Shown: piece by piece, positions 49,518 through 60,326 of the stretch
How positions within the stretch are numbered: the first letter of the stretch is position 1
How the letters are laid out: every line of letters begins with the position of its first letter
NCBI GenBank assembly: GCA_963727805.1
Contig: CAVSHF010000003.1
Span: forward strand, 64,001-128,000
From: an uncultured Nitrospiraceae bacterium
GTDB taxonomy: Bacteria; Nitrospirota; Thermodesulfovibrionia; Thermodesulfovibrionales; Dissulfurispiraceae
DNA: 64,000 bases
Direction: 5' to 3'
Translations under genes and position numbers: made by a program
The notes under the pieces: model-generated
Seen by the model: the letters and a program-made list of their open reading frames with translations, nothing else
What the model was told of the DNA's origin: nothing
The model's database searches: none

Positions 49518-50186
49518 ATGTGTGGACGATTTGACCTGCATTCCGATCCAGCCGTAATATTGAAAATGTTCAAAATAGATCATTTCGCGATCGAGTACCA
49601 GCCTAGCTATAATATTCCGCCGTCTCGCCAAATAGTTGTAGTTAAGGACGATGGACAGAGGAAGCTTCTTCAGTGCAGATGGGGCTTCCTTCCTTCTTGG
49701 GCCAAGGATACGAAAATTGGGTTCAACATGATAAACGCCAAAGCGGAGACGGTAGCCGACAAGCAAGCGTTCAAGGATACATTTCGGCGGCAGAGGTGCC
49801 TTGTAGTCGCAGACGGTTTTTTCGAATGGCGCCACGAGGGCAAGCTACGGATACCTGTATACATCCGTCTCAAGTCTCAAAGGCCGATGGGATTTGCCGG
49901 CCTTTACAATACCTGGAAATCACCGGACGGTGACGCGATTTGTACCTGCAGTATTATTACAACTGAAGCTAACGAGCTGTTGAGCCCGATCCATGGCAGG
50001 ATGCCAGCTATAATCCCTGAGGATAAATTTGATCTCTGGTTGGACCCCAATATCAGCGACAAGGATAGACTGATGCCACTACTAAGACCATATTCTCCTG
50101 ATGAAATGGAGTACTCCGAAGTCTCGTCAGTAATCAACAAGCCTGAGAATGATACGCCGGAAGTCATTATGCCGGTTAAGCCGTAG
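49518..50186 (+). CDS. SOS response-associated peptidase (SRAP/YedK/HMCES, abasic-site processing)
   Basis: N-terminal MCGRF, YNIPP, INAKAET, GFFEW, IHGRMP. Confidence 0.95.
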   Translation: MCGRFDLHSDPAVILKMFKIDHFAIEYQPSYNIPPSRQIVVVKDDGQRKLLQCRWGFLPSWAKDTKIGFNMINAKAETVADKQAFKDTFRRQRCLVVADGFFEWRHEGKLRIPVYIRLKSQRPMGFAGLYNTWKSPDGDAICTCSIITTEANELLSPIHGRMPAIIPEDKFDLWLDPNISDKDRLMPLLRPYSPDEMEYSEVSSVINKPENDTPEVIMPVKP

Positions 50187-50335
50187 TCATTGTGCCAATG
50201 TATCACTCAAGCACCCTAAATTAGTTTCACCGGGAAGCCATGTGATACCGACGCTACGTAATAATTTTATTCAAATCCATGCAAAAACATAAAAAGACAT
50301 ACAAAGACAAGAAATGGGACAAAGGCCTGATAATA

Positions 50336-50719
50336 TTAGCTTTGAGGCAAATTACTGGGGTATTTCAAAGATATACTTTGCTTATTCCCTGCGTCATCAA
50401 GACAAACAAAGGTCACGTTTGTGGAGAATACTCTTTCTTCCTTGCCAGCTTTTGAGGCTTCGTTAAATACATTCACGGTGTATTGAACTGAAGTGTTGCC
50501 AGTTCTTACTTTTTCTGCGAGGAATCTGAGGATAGTGCCTTCTTTTATGCTTTTTCGAAATTCGACCTTATCCATTCCGATGGTAACAAACTGGCATTCC
50601 GGAAAGTCCAGACTCGCAGCTATCCAAGCCAATTCATCAACCCATTTCAATAGGTAGCCGCCGAACAAGTAACCAAATTGATTAAGATGTTGAGGAAGAA
50701 CTAATTTGTAATTTTCCAT
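50336..50719 (-). CDS. Acyl-CoA thioesterase (hotdog fold)
   Basis: HLNQFGYLFGGYLLKWVDE. Confidence 0.92.
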   Translation of the reverse strand: MENYKLVLPQHLNQFGYLFGGYLLKWVDELAWIAASLDFPECQFVTIGMDKVEFRKSIKEGTILRFLAEKVRTGNTSVQYTVNVFNEASKAGKEERVFSTNVTFVCLDDAGNKQSISLKYPSNLPQS

Positions 50720-51085
50720 AGATTATAGTGCCACATTCAATCCGTAAAGTGCATCATGCATCCTTCCAAATGACCTCCATATTCTTAACGAGGAGGCTTG
50801 ATATTATGAGCTTTAAGGTAATTTACTGAGGTATTTTAAAGCCTTCGAAAAACCGCGCCTCATAACTCTCAGCTTGAGACACCGGATTTCCGATTAACTC
50901 CAAAAAAGCAAAAAATATGTTACGATGGCATCGTCTTGATCTAATTTCGACTTAGCCCCGATTCTCTATCAATATATCTGCCAACAACCTGAAATAATCG
51001 TGCTGCACGATCTTCCTCTAATTCCTTGGTGTGGCAACTTGCCCTGCACTGGTTCCCATCTGTCATGACCGATCAACTATCGGCA

Positions 51086-51301
51086 CTACACACCTCAAGA
51101 CCCTCCATACCCTATTGTGATTTGTTCTCCTTCAACAATTACGGGTACTTTCCTGATGCCCTTTGTAAGCAAGAGCATTTCGTCCAATTTGTTTGAATCG
51201 TCTTTCACATTGACATATTCTGCCCTGTTTGCGTAAACCAACCTGGCTTTATCTGTATAAGGTCAGCCAGCCTTCCCATAGATAATGATTTTATGTGTCA
51301 T
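51086..51301 (-). CDS. UXX-star family glutaredoxin-like selenoprotein, 71 aa with two Sec
   Basis: AGGAGG RBS; MTHKIIIYGKAG-U-PYTDKAR...RKVPVIVEGEQITIGYGGS-U-GV*; TGA at 51263-65 and 51095-97, each followed by a hairpin. Confidence 0.9.
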
Positions 51302-51698
51302 ATTATACCTCCTAATTAAATGATAACATGGGCACTTGGTCTTCATTGTTTAACAGATTATGATTTCCACATCATCTGTATAATTTATTTTGTATGTCGC
51401 GATGATGCCCCTTTCGGGCCAGTAGTGGGCGGGAAGGGGGATGATAGTTGCATGGAATGTGCAAGTAAAATAACTATTTCACTACATGCCGTTTAAAAAT
51501 GATTAACAATTCTATTCGGACAACATCCGGAGTTTCTTGTGCATGTAAAATCACCCTTACGGGGATAGCCCCAGGGATGTGTCGCATTAAAAAGACTATG
51601 TTACTAAGACGACTCTAAGTAAGTATACAGTCAGCGATGTATGAAGTCCCGACAATGAAGGATTCGGGAATTACAGTGTGCTCCTTTTGATGACTGTC

Positions 51699-51980
51699 TT
51701 AGTATCTGCCTTTAGTCTCCAGTGGCTTAATATCCTGTGGTTTAGTATCCTGTGGTTGGGAGCACCCTGATAGACACTCCTCATTCTTTTTCTCGCAGTA
51801 TGCTGTGCGTTCCTGTCGTTGGTCAGGATCCATTGCGGGTGTGTTTTCAAGACAGCCGACCGTGTATGACTCACAGGTTACGACACATTCGTCAGTGTGG
51901 GCCAGTAATTGAAAAGGGACTAGGAACATCACGAGGAGACAGATAAATAGCGTAAGGCCACATATAAACTTTGTCTTCAT
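51699..51980 (-). CDS. Small secreted Cys-rich protein
   Basis: Signal peptide; two CX3CX6C-like helical Cys clusters; PQDTK/PQDIK repeats. Confidence 0.7.
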   Translation of the reverse strand: MKTKFICGLTLFICLLVMFLVPFQLLAHTDECVVTCESYTVGCLENTPAMDPDQRQERTAYCEKKNEECLSGCSQPQDTKPQDIKPLETKGRY

Positions 51981-52002
51981 TGTTAATCCCTCTCTTTAAA
52001 TG

Positions 52003-52179
52003 TTAGTTTCGGAAACTAATACCTGTAAAGTCAAACCGGTATTGTCCCTGAATGATTCTGATCAACACCACAATGAGTGCGATAACAAGCAGCATATGAA
52101 TGGATCCATTAAGCTGGTAGCCACTCACAAGCTTCCACAGCCAGAGTATCGTGAGTACTACAGAAATATTACGAAGTAT
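52003..52179 (-). pseudogene. lmo0937-family small membrane protein, degenerate (ATA at start position)
   Basis: GGAG RBS then ILRNISVVLTILWLWKLVSGYQLNGSIHMLLVIALIVVLIRIIQG. Confidence 0.6.
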
Positions 52180-52460
52180 TTATTCTCCTCTTTCCGGCAA
52201 TAAGGTGCCCAATTGTATAATGCTATTTATTAAATTGTACTATCCTTTGAGGAAATACCAAGAAATGATTCAAACTCATAAGTGTTCGTTTAAAAATCAT
52301 ATAGATTCAACTGGTTACGATTTGCCATGGTATTTGACGACATTCAATTTTCTTGAAATGCTTGCTGCACAGCAAAATGCCGAACAATAATGATTGCTTA
52401 TTAGTCCGATGATCGAGATAAAAGCATTACCATTGATTTCGTGCTGGCTCTTTGGATTAA

Positions 52461-53258
52461 ATGTTTTTGCAGAAGATTCTGTTCCTCTGTAAAATACTTG
52501 AGATAAGTTCTGTAAGGCAAGGTGCTGTTGTGATAGCAAAGATTTCTGAAAGATGCAAGCAAACTCTTCAGGCGATAGTGCGTCTATGGCGACAGGTACC
52601 GCGGCGTGTTCAGGGACTCCTGTTGGTCGGACTTTCGCTGGTGGCAGTTGTAATCTCTGCCACCTTGGCTTTTCTTGGCAATCATCAACGCGCCATTATC
52701 GAGAATGATGTGCACCGTCATTTCCAGATGGTCAACAGTTTGAGTGATGTTCTCACCTTGATGGTTGATGCTGAAACCGGGATGCGCGGCTATCTTTTGA
52801 CGCAGCGTGATGAGTTCCTGCAACCTTATGAGACCGCGACGCAGAATCTTCCCATTGCGATGGCAAATCTGCGCACATTAGCTGATGCGGATCCGGAACC
52901 AAAGCCACGCCTTGATAAACGGCTGCGGCTGAATCAATTACAACTACTGATTGATCGGCAAATGTCCGATCTTGCGACGCAGAAACAGTATATTGCTGCG
53001 CCGCAAGCAATATACAAGGATATATATAGCAGTCTCGCACATGCCAAACAGGTGATGGATGCAATACGCTACATTTTGAGCGCAATGCAAGCTGAGGAAG
53101 GACGTCAACTGAGCGAGCGTATCGAACGGACTAATGCCATCCGCCACCGTGACTACTTAGCTGTTTTTCTTGCTCTCATTGTGGCAGTGGGAACGCGCCT
53201 CATTGCGTGGCTTCTCTTCACAACAGATCGCGACACAGCACGGCAATCGAAAAGGTGA
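52461..53258 (+). CDS. CHASE3 sensor-domain membrane protein without an output domain (start possibly 52530)
   Basis: TM - DAETGMRGYLLT..EFLQPY...MDAIR..L..M.AEE - TM, then stop. Confidence 0.8.
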   Translation: MFLQKILFLCKILEISSVRQGAVVIAKISERCKQTLQAIVRLWRQVPRRVQGLLLVGLSLVAVVISATLAFLGNHQRAIIENDVHRHFQMVNSLSDVLTLMVDAETGMRGYLLTQRDEFLQPYETATQNLPIAMANLRTLADADPEPKPRLDKRLRLNQLQLLIDRQMSDLATQKQYIAAPQAIYKDIYSSLAHAKQVMDAIRYILSAMQAEEGRQLSERIERTNAIRHRDYLAVFLALIVAVGTRLIAWLLFTTDRDTARQSKR

Positions 53259-53344
53259 ACAAAACATCGGTAATCCTGTTCGTGAGATCACAGGAGCATT
53301 AGGCTGGGTATTCAATATTTAACGGGAGATTTGTACTCTTATCA

Positions 53345-53539
53345 TTACTTCTCCTCCGATTCTTTTTTCCCCGATTCATCCTTTTTCGGAGTTACATCTA
53401 TTTCAGTAGGATCAGACATACCCTTTTTGAAATTCTTAATGCTTTCTCCGATTCCTTTTGTTAGTTCGGGCAATTTCTTAGCACCAAAAAGAATAACCAC
53501 AATTCCAAGTGCTATTAATAAGTCTTGTGTACCTAACAT
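53345..53539 (-). CDS. tatA: Twin-arginine translocase TatA/E
   Basis: LFGAKKLPEL.KGIGESIKNFKK; GGAGG RBS. Confidence 0.92.
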   Translation of the reverse strand: MLGTQDLLIALGIVVILFGAKKLPELTKGIGESIKNFKKGMSDPTEIDVTPKKDESGKKESEEK

Positions 53540-53918
53540 TATTCACCTCCAGGATAATTGATTCAATTCTACTACCATGATACTTGTATTAAAACGGAAC
53601 AACAATAGGACAAATAACACAAGACTGCTGATGTTGAATTCTTAGTTAAACATTTTTGAGGCAAGATAATCTGGCGCATAAACCACAACGGTTCTCTTGC
53701 CCTGAGCCGTTACACTTATTCATCATTTATACGGCAATCTGCAATTGTGGCCAGAAGCACACAGACTAAGTCTACAGTTATCTTAGATTAACAGTTGGCT
53801 CTGCAATAATCGCCAAACTGATTCAAGGAAATATATAGGCTCTCCTCGCCCGGACTTTGATGCCGTGAGTGAATTATTGCAGAAACATGCCATCTGCCTG
53901 TTAGTATAATAGCTCAAA

Positions 53919-54911
53919 GTGAAAACATCCTTACGGCGTTTACAGATCAGAGATCTTCAGATACATCCGCCATTGCTTCTGGCGCCAATGGCCGGCCTTA
54001 CCCATAGCGCGCTCCGGCAGATCATTTCCGGTTTCGGCGGAGTCGGTCTTTTATCAACAGAGATGCTTTCAGCAAAAAGGCTGCCGACCGAAGATCCGAC
54101 GATTTCTCCTTTTCTGATAAGGACTGTCATGGAAAGGCCGCTTTCTTATCAGTTGCTGATCTCAGCAGTCAGAGATATGGCGCCAGCCATAAAGGCCCTG
54201 CATAAGCTTGAGGCTAATGCGATTGATCTGAACATGGGCTGCCCGGCTGCCACGGTGCGCAAACTCGGAGCAGGCTGTATTCTCATGGAACAACCAGAGA
54301 AGGTGCGCCTGCTGGTGTCAGAGGCAAGGAAACTTACTGCACTGCCGCTTACCGCAAAGATCCGGCTCGGGATTGAACTCAATGAAGAGAAGTTAAAGTC
54401 CTTTTGCGCCATGCTCGAAGGCGAGGGAGTTGATATGCTCACTGTGCATGCGCGGCTCAAAGATGAGCCTTTTGCAAGAAGGCCGAGATGGGAATGGCTT
54501 GCCAAAGTGAAGGGATGGATCAGGATACCGGTGATTGCCAATGGCGGCGTATTCTCTGTACAGGATGCGGAAGATTGTCTGCGCGTCTCAGGTGCCGACG
54601 GTCTGATGCTCGGCCGTGGTGCGGCTATTAAACCATGGCTATTTGCCGAGATCGCAAGAGATACTTATGGCCATAAAATTGCGGTGCCGGCAGTCTCTCT
54701 GCCCGCGATTTATGGTAACTTTATCGATCTCCTCAATGAGCTTTTCGGGCCTCAAAGGCGGCTCGGCAGGCTTAAGGAGTTCACTCATTATTTTGCAAAA
54801 AACTATAAATTCGGTCACCGTTTGGCATCCAGGGTTCAAGGCAGCCGTACTATGGAGGAGGCAATAGAAAGGGCCGCTATTTTTTTTGAAGTTAACAGAG
54901 AATGCAACTGA
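53919..54911 (+). CDS. tRNA-dihydrouridine synthase family protein
   Basis: LAPMAG, IDLNMGCP, TVHAR, IANGG, MLGRG. Confidence 0.93.
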   Translation: MKTSLRRLQIRDLQIHPPLLLAPMAGLTHSALRQIISGFGGVGLLSTEMLSAKRLPTEDPTISPFLIRTVMERPLSYQLLISAVRDMAPAIKALHKLEANAIDLNMGCPAATVRKLGAGCILMEQPEKVRLLVSEARKLTALPLTAKIRLGIELNEEKLKSFCAMLEGEGVDMLTVHARLKDEPFARRPRWEWLAKVKGWIRIPVIANGGVFSVQDAEDCLRVSGADGLMLGRGAAIKPWLFAEIARDTYGHKIAVPAVSLPAIYGNFIDLLNELFGPQRRLGRLKEFTHYFAKNYKFGHRLASRVQGSRTMEEAIERAAIFFEVNRECN

Positions 54912-55192
54912 TACTGTGGTAAGAGCAGCTACAATATGTTGAGACGGAAGAGTCTTGATCTGTTTTCGACTTGGCCGCGCCTGCCTGAGAACATAATTGT
55001 TAACAACTTGAAATAATCGCGCCGCACGATCTTTTCTCTATTTCCGCTAATTACTTTTAACCGAACTTAAACAAAAAGGGCTTGCGATCAAAACTTATCT
55101 TGCGCTTCGATTCTACGCACTCATTTTACAAAACTGTCTCTCTTCTCCAAAATCGCGCGATGAACTTACTTTTTAAACTACAACAGTGGGTA

Positions 55193-55810
55193 CTAGCTGC
55201 TTACGTATGCTTCCAAGTCAGATCTTATTGCTTCAACGAACCTATCAAAGATTATCGTTGTTACTTTTCGTCCATCTTTTGATAAAGTTCGAAACATGCT
55301 TTCGCGAATAGATTTATCTATTTCGATTTGTATCCCTTTCCCGTTTATGCCTCTATTGCATATATTATTTTTATGCTCACCTGCCAAGGGTTTTGGCGGA
55401 CAGATTTCTACTTTGAAACCAGCCCCCCTCAAGCTTTGCGCAATCCTTTTCCTTTCAGCCAAAGCGAGACCCCCTATAAGTACCCAGTTTGGATAACCGC
55501 GGCAGCCATGAATAGCCACGACTATTTGTGAAGCCTGAGCTATCCTGTAGGCCCTGTCTTCATCAAAATGGTCACTTGCAATATGCAGCCTCTTGTTGCC
55601 TTGTGGCTTTAAGCCTTCGAGAGTATAAAACGAAAACCTATCACTTGCTATTGCCTTTGCTATTTCTGTAGTGCCGGGTTCAATCCCGCCACCATGCGGT
55701 GCGATAACTGCAATATCCGATTCGCGAGGAAAGCATTGAATGGTGTAATCGAGGTCCTCCTTTTCTTCCTGCCGCAAATGGCGAAAGTTGATATATTCCT
55801 TGATGCTCAT
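55193..55810 (-). CDS. Poly-gamma-glutamate hydrolase family (DUF867/YjqB)
   Basis: APHGGGIEPGTTE, HIAS..FDE, IHG, NICNR, GIQIE. Confidence 0.88.
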   Translation of the reverse strand: MSIKEYINFRHLRQEEKEDLDYTIQCFPRESDIAVIAPHGGGIEPGTTEIAKAIASDRFSFYTLEGLKPQGNKRLHIASDHFDEDRAYRIAQASQIVVAIHGCRGYPNWVLIGGLALAERKRIAQSLRGAGFKVEICPPKPLAGEHKNNICNRGINGKGIQIEIDKSIRESMFRTLSKDGRKVTTIIFDRFVEAIRSDLEAYVSS

Positions 55811-56438
55811 GTTTTAATCTCCTGCAGATATTATAATGCACATGGACAACGTCTCGGCAAAAAGCGGTGTCCGCTCGTTAAAGAAAATCTGTTACAACTG
55901 ATGTTGAAGGCGAACTCGAAAAGAGGATAGCCTTCTGATTTTTTCCATTAGAGGGAAATATGCATTTGGAGAACAGGTGTTTTTATGAGGAGTTTCAGGT
56001 ACTTTTTGAGTCGACCCCTGAGAATTTTCGTTCATGATCTGCAGTATGTTCAAACTACCCATTTGCCAGGACTTCTTCTATGTTAAAAAAGCAAGAATTC
56101 TCTTCGATTCAGTTGGCGCCCTAAAGTCTGGTTACATTTTAGAATCAGTCGTCATGTTTCCACCCAGTATTGTTATTTGGTTTTGTCCGGATGAAAAGCG
56201 TTCGAGGTCGTAGCAAACGGAAATTAACACATGACGTTTTGAGACAGCATGATGACATTGAGGGCTATGGTGGAATATTTCCTCTCCAAACCTTGATAAT
56301 CTGGTATTTCGCTGTTTGTGAGGATTCCCACCAATAATTCTCCCCGCGTCTTATATGCTGACGATAGTCTGGTAGCCATTGAGAATCCGATTTTGATGAT
56401 AATTTTCGGGGACCCGCTCGCCGTTCGGGCGCTGAACA

Positions 56439-58310
56439 TTAACGGACGATTAATAGCTCAATCGGTTGCTCTTCGAACGCGCAGGCCTTCGTATCATGTT
56501 CGTTCGTTATGTTTTGAAGCTCCGTAAAGAGCGCATCGATCCGTGCCTTATTATCGCGCACGGTCTGAGACAGTTTCTTGATCATCAGGGCCTCGTCCCT
56601 GCCCGCTACCCCAAGAAGCCGTTGCGTTTCCTGCTCCACGTTAAACTCAAGCTTCGTGATCTCCGCCTCAAGGTCCACGATTCGGCTCTTGAGGGGTCCG
56701 AGGACTTTTGATTTATCGGAAGTGACGGCGCTTTGCAATTTTTTTGCGGTTTTTCTGTTTTCGTTCTTGTCGGCACCGTTCCGCTTCCCTTTCGCTTTCT
56801 TCACACGACCCCCCCCCTCGTCCTGCCACCCGATGCGTTCGAGGAAGTCGAAGTAGGTGCCTTCGAAGACGTTCACCTCGTCATTGTCGTACACGATCAG
56901 CTTGGTCGCGACGGCCTCCAGAATCATCTCACTGTGCGTCACGATGATAACGGCGCCGTCGAAAGCTTCAATCGCCTCAATCAGCGAGTCAATAGACTCC
57001 ATGTCCAGGTGGTTTGTGGGCTCGTCGAGGATCAGCATGTTGGCCGGAGAGATCAGGAGCTTGCCGAGCAGTACGCGGCTCTTTTCACCTCCAGAAAGCA
57101 CACTCACCTTCTTGAGCGCGTTGTCGCCATTGAACATCATGAGCCCACAGATGGAGCGGGATTCGCCATGGGCGTGGTCCGGATGAGCGTCCATGATTTC
57201 CTGGAGCGCGGTCTTGTCGTTCTGCAGGCGACTGATATTGGTCTGGCCGAAATAAGCGATTCTCGTATTCGGGTGGGGTCTTATGTCTCCACTTGACGGG
57301 GACATCTCTCCTGCAAGCAGGTTCAGAAGCGTAGTCTTCCCTTTGCCGTTCTTTCCGATGACGGCAATGCGGTCCTTTTTACCCACGGCAAAGCTCAGAC
57401 TATCAATGAGCTTCGGGCCGTCCTCAGAAAATGAAAAGGACAAGTCTTCCACTGTCATCAACCATTTAGCTTCAAACGGGGCGGACCGGAACTTGAAGTC
57501 AAGCGATTTGATCTCGCCGAGCTTGTCGAGCCGTTCGTGTTTCGTAAGCTCTTTAATCCGGGACTGGACCGCGCTGGCCTTGGTTGCCTGGGCTCGAAAG
57601 CGATTAATAAACTGCTCCACTTCCTTGCGTTTTTTCTCGCCGTTCTGGCGCGTCTTTTCATGGATCTCTTCTTCTAGGAGAACTTGGTCGTATAGCTTCT
57701 GCGTATTGCCGGGGACCTTTCGCATCTTGCAGCGGTGGATGATCATCGTATGCGTCGTGACACTGTCCATAAACTCGCGGTCATGCGTTATGATGATCAT
57801 CTCGTTCCGCCAGGCGCGCAAAAATTGCGTGAGCCAGCGAACCGAGACGATGTCGAGGTAGTTTGTGGGCTCGTCGAGGAGCAGGAGATTCGGCTCCGAT
57901 ACAAGTACCTTGGCAAGGTTCAGCCGCACCTGGTACCCGCCGGACAACGACGACGGAGACTGGTCGAAGTCGTCGTTAGTGAATCCAAGGCCGTGGAGAA
58001 TGGCCTCGGCCTTGTAAGTTTCGTCGATGTGGTCCTCGTTTTTCGAGAGGGCGAGGCAGGCCTCCTGAAGCACCGTGTTTTCGGTGAAGTGGATGTGTTG
58101 GGACAGATGGCCGATAGTGTACCCCGAAGGTACCGTGATCGTGCCGGCGTCCTGGCGTGCTTCGCCGAGGATCATGCGAAAGAGCGTTGATTTGCCGTGG
58201 CCGTTCCGGCCCACAAGGCCCACGCGTTCGCGCGGATTAACGGTAAAGCCGACGCCGTCAAACAGCACCTGCTTGCCATAAGATTTTTCGATATTCGCGA
58301 CCTGGAGCAT
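56439..58310 (-). CDS. ABC-F family ATP-binding protein
   Basis: Two ABC cassettes (GRNGHGKS, GKNGKGKT; LSGG; LDEPTN), no TM domains, C-terminal coiled coil. Confidence 0.95.
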   Translation of the reverse strand: MLQVANIEKSYGKQVLFDGVGFTVNPRERVGLVGRNGHGKSTLFRMILGEARQDAGTITVPSGYTIGHLSQHIHFTENTVLQEACLALSKNEDHIDETYKAEAILHGLGFTNDDFDQSPSSLSGGYQVRLNLAKVLVSEPNLLLLDEPTNYLDIVSVRWLTQFLRAWRNEMIIITHDREFMDSVTTHTMIIHRCKMRKVPGNTQKLYDQVLLEEEIHEKTRQNGEKKRKEVEQFINRFRAQATKASAVQSRIKELTKHERLDKLGEIKSLDFKFRSAPFEAKWLMTVEDLSFSFSEDGPKLIDSLSFAVGKKDRIAVIGKNGKGKTTLLNLLAGEMSPSSGDIRPHPNTRIAYFGQTNISRLQNDKTALQEIMDAHPDHAHGESRSICGLMMFNGDNALKKVSVLSGGEKSRVLLGKLLISPANMLILDEPTNHLDMESIDSLIEAIEAFDGAVIIVTHSEMILEAVATKLIVYDNDEVNVFEGTYFDFLERIGWQDEGGGRVKKAKGKRNGADKNENRKTAKKLQSAVTSDKSKVLGPLKSRIVDLEAEITKLEFNVEQETQRLLGVAGRDEALMIKKLSQTVRDNKARIDALFTELQNITNEHDTKACAFEEQPIELLIVR

Positions 58311-58614
58311 TCTTTAGACCTTCCTTCAAAAAAATATGCAAAATTACAACCTTATATCATAACGCAGCAGGGCAGTTAAGGTAAATGTTTATTATAGATA
58401 CCGATAGCAAACAGGGACATGTTTAGGGAGAGTAGTGGTCACGATACTGGAAGAAAGCTAGTGTAGCAAGCCATGTCTCTGCAGTGATGACTCTAAGATT
58501 CTATGATAGATTGTGAGCCCCCCTGGATATTCTACATGTAGGGAAACACACGGAAAGGAGGCTCACAATGAGAACAGATTACCAAAAGATAGGCAGTTTA
58601 GCAACGTGCCAGGC

Positions 58615-59925
58615 TTAGGTCACTAGATCGGCAAAGTTTTTAGCTTGGAGTTTCGCCCCCTTGACGATTGTCTTAAGGAAGGATGAGTTGAGCGTCTGGG
58701 TTGCCATGAGCCCGTTCACCGGTGCTGACTTTTCGATTGCGCCTATGACGCGGCTTAAGGCCCGGTGGCTAAGCCGTCCGGGATCGTCGAACAGTAGATT
58801 CGCTAGTTTGCCCCGTTCGATGGCCATCATCACACGCTGGTCGAAGACGGTCTCGGGCACCAGCGTCCGCTGCGGTCTAGATTTCATTGATGCCGCCCCA
58901 TTTTTGCAGACTGTGGCGCAGACGCCGCATCCGAGACACACCTGTTCATCTCGCACGGCCTGCTTCGTCACCTGAGCGCCGCTGGTATTGTTCTCAATGC
59001 TGATTGCTCCGATCGGACAGGCCTTGGCGCACTTGCCGCATCCCTTGCATTTCGAACCGTCCACATCCATGATGAAGTTTGACGTAATGATAGCAGGACG
59101 CGAATCCACTGCCTTGATCCCTTTCATAACATGACAGCAGCAGCCGCAGCAGTTACAGATGAATGTCACCTTGTTTTGAACATTATCCCCGGTCTGTGCG
59201 AGGCCCGCCTCCTTGGATTTAGCCAGAACTGTCATTGCTTCTGTTTTCGTTACGGAACGGGCTATCCCGTTTCGAATCAGATAATCTGCGGCGTAGTTGA
59301 AAGTCAAGCACACTTCCTGCGGCTTGCCGCATGCTCGACCCATGTGTTGGGCTGTATGGTGACACTGGCAGATTCCGACGGCGAGCGCGGACGCCGATTG
59401 CACTATCTGGGAGGCCCGTTCCCAGTCGAGCACTTCAGTGAAGGTGCCCTGGGGAATAACTTCCTCCCGGACTAGTGACCGAAACAGTTGGGTCCTGCCT
59501 TCAAAATTGGCCCTTTGGAAGCTATGGTCGTATTCTGTGAAATATTCTTCGAACAGACTAGCCAACTCCTTCATCGGCATATCGGGCCGCACCCGCATGA
59601 ATGTCATTTCGAAGAAGCCGAGCACCACTGGCAGCAAGGTGAAATAACGCTGCCCGTTGTTCTCGATATCGACCACCAGCCCTCGTTTCGCCATATCCGT
59701 CAGCTTTGCATTAAGATCATCCTGAGGAACACGGAGGTCCTTCGCTAGGGCGTCAAGAGAAGTGAGATTGTGGGGGAGTTTTCTCGCCAACTCCGCGTCC
59801 TCAGGGGAGAAAAGGATGCTCAATATCTTCATGAGGGTGGGCGACTCGGTCGCTCCCTGAACCTTTTCGGCTAAGCGCTTCTGAAGGAGTCGGTATGAGT
59901 GTGCTGATCCGGTAATATGTCCCAT
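58615..59925 (-). CDS. 4Fe-4S dicluster protein with N-terminal wHTH-like and Cys-rich domains
   Basis: CQC, ICNCCGCCC, CKGCGKCAKACP, CLGCGVCATVC. Confidence 0.88.
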   Translation of the reverse strand: MGHITGSAHSYRLLQKRLAEKVQGATESPTLMKILSILFSPEDAELARKLPHNLTSLDALAKDLRVPQDDLNAKLTDMAKRGLVVDIENNGQRYFTLLPVVLGFFEMTFMRVRPDMPMKELASLFEEYFTEYDHSFQRANFEGRTQLFRSLVREEVIPQGTFTEVLDWERASQIVQSASALAVGICQCHHTAQHMGRACGKPQEVCLTFNYAADYLIRNGIARSVTKTEAMTVLAKSKEAGLAQTGDNVQNKVTFICNCCGCCCHVMKGIKAVDSRPAIITSNFIMDVDGSKCKGCGKCAKACPIGAISIENNTSGAQVTKQAVRDEQVCLGCGVCATVCKNGAASMKSRPQRTLVPETVFDQRVMMAIERGKLANLLFDDPGRLSHRALSRVIGAIEKSAPVNGLMATQTLNSSFLKTIVKGAKLQAKNFADLVT

Positions 59926-60326
59926 GATATTCTCCTTTCACTACGCTTCGATTGAGGAGTGCAGTTTTCGCGACACTTTCGAACCTAATAGCTTGAGAAG
60001 TCTTATTTGAAAACATTTGACCGCAAAAATACAACAAATATTTTCCATGTCCAAACTTCTGATGTTGCAGTTTACGCTAGCATTCTGTAACTCTATACCC
60101 GAGATTCATCCATTGTCATTATTAATCTCTAATTCAAATATACACCTTTTGGGGGATTTTAGAACCGGAATGCGTACTGAGTATTTGCCAGGTTAGCTTG
60201 ATAATTTCCTAGAACGAAATCTTCAGCGTTATGACCACAGTCGTAAGCGCGCGAGAAAGTGATTAACACCCTGTCCGGCTTCGGCCAACTCCTGATCATT
60301 TCCAGTTAAAACAAAGCGTCTTCACT

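Noticed and set aside
56466..58379. Several plus-strand ORFs of 60-190 aa
   Set aside because: Antisense shadows of the GC-rich ABC-F gene
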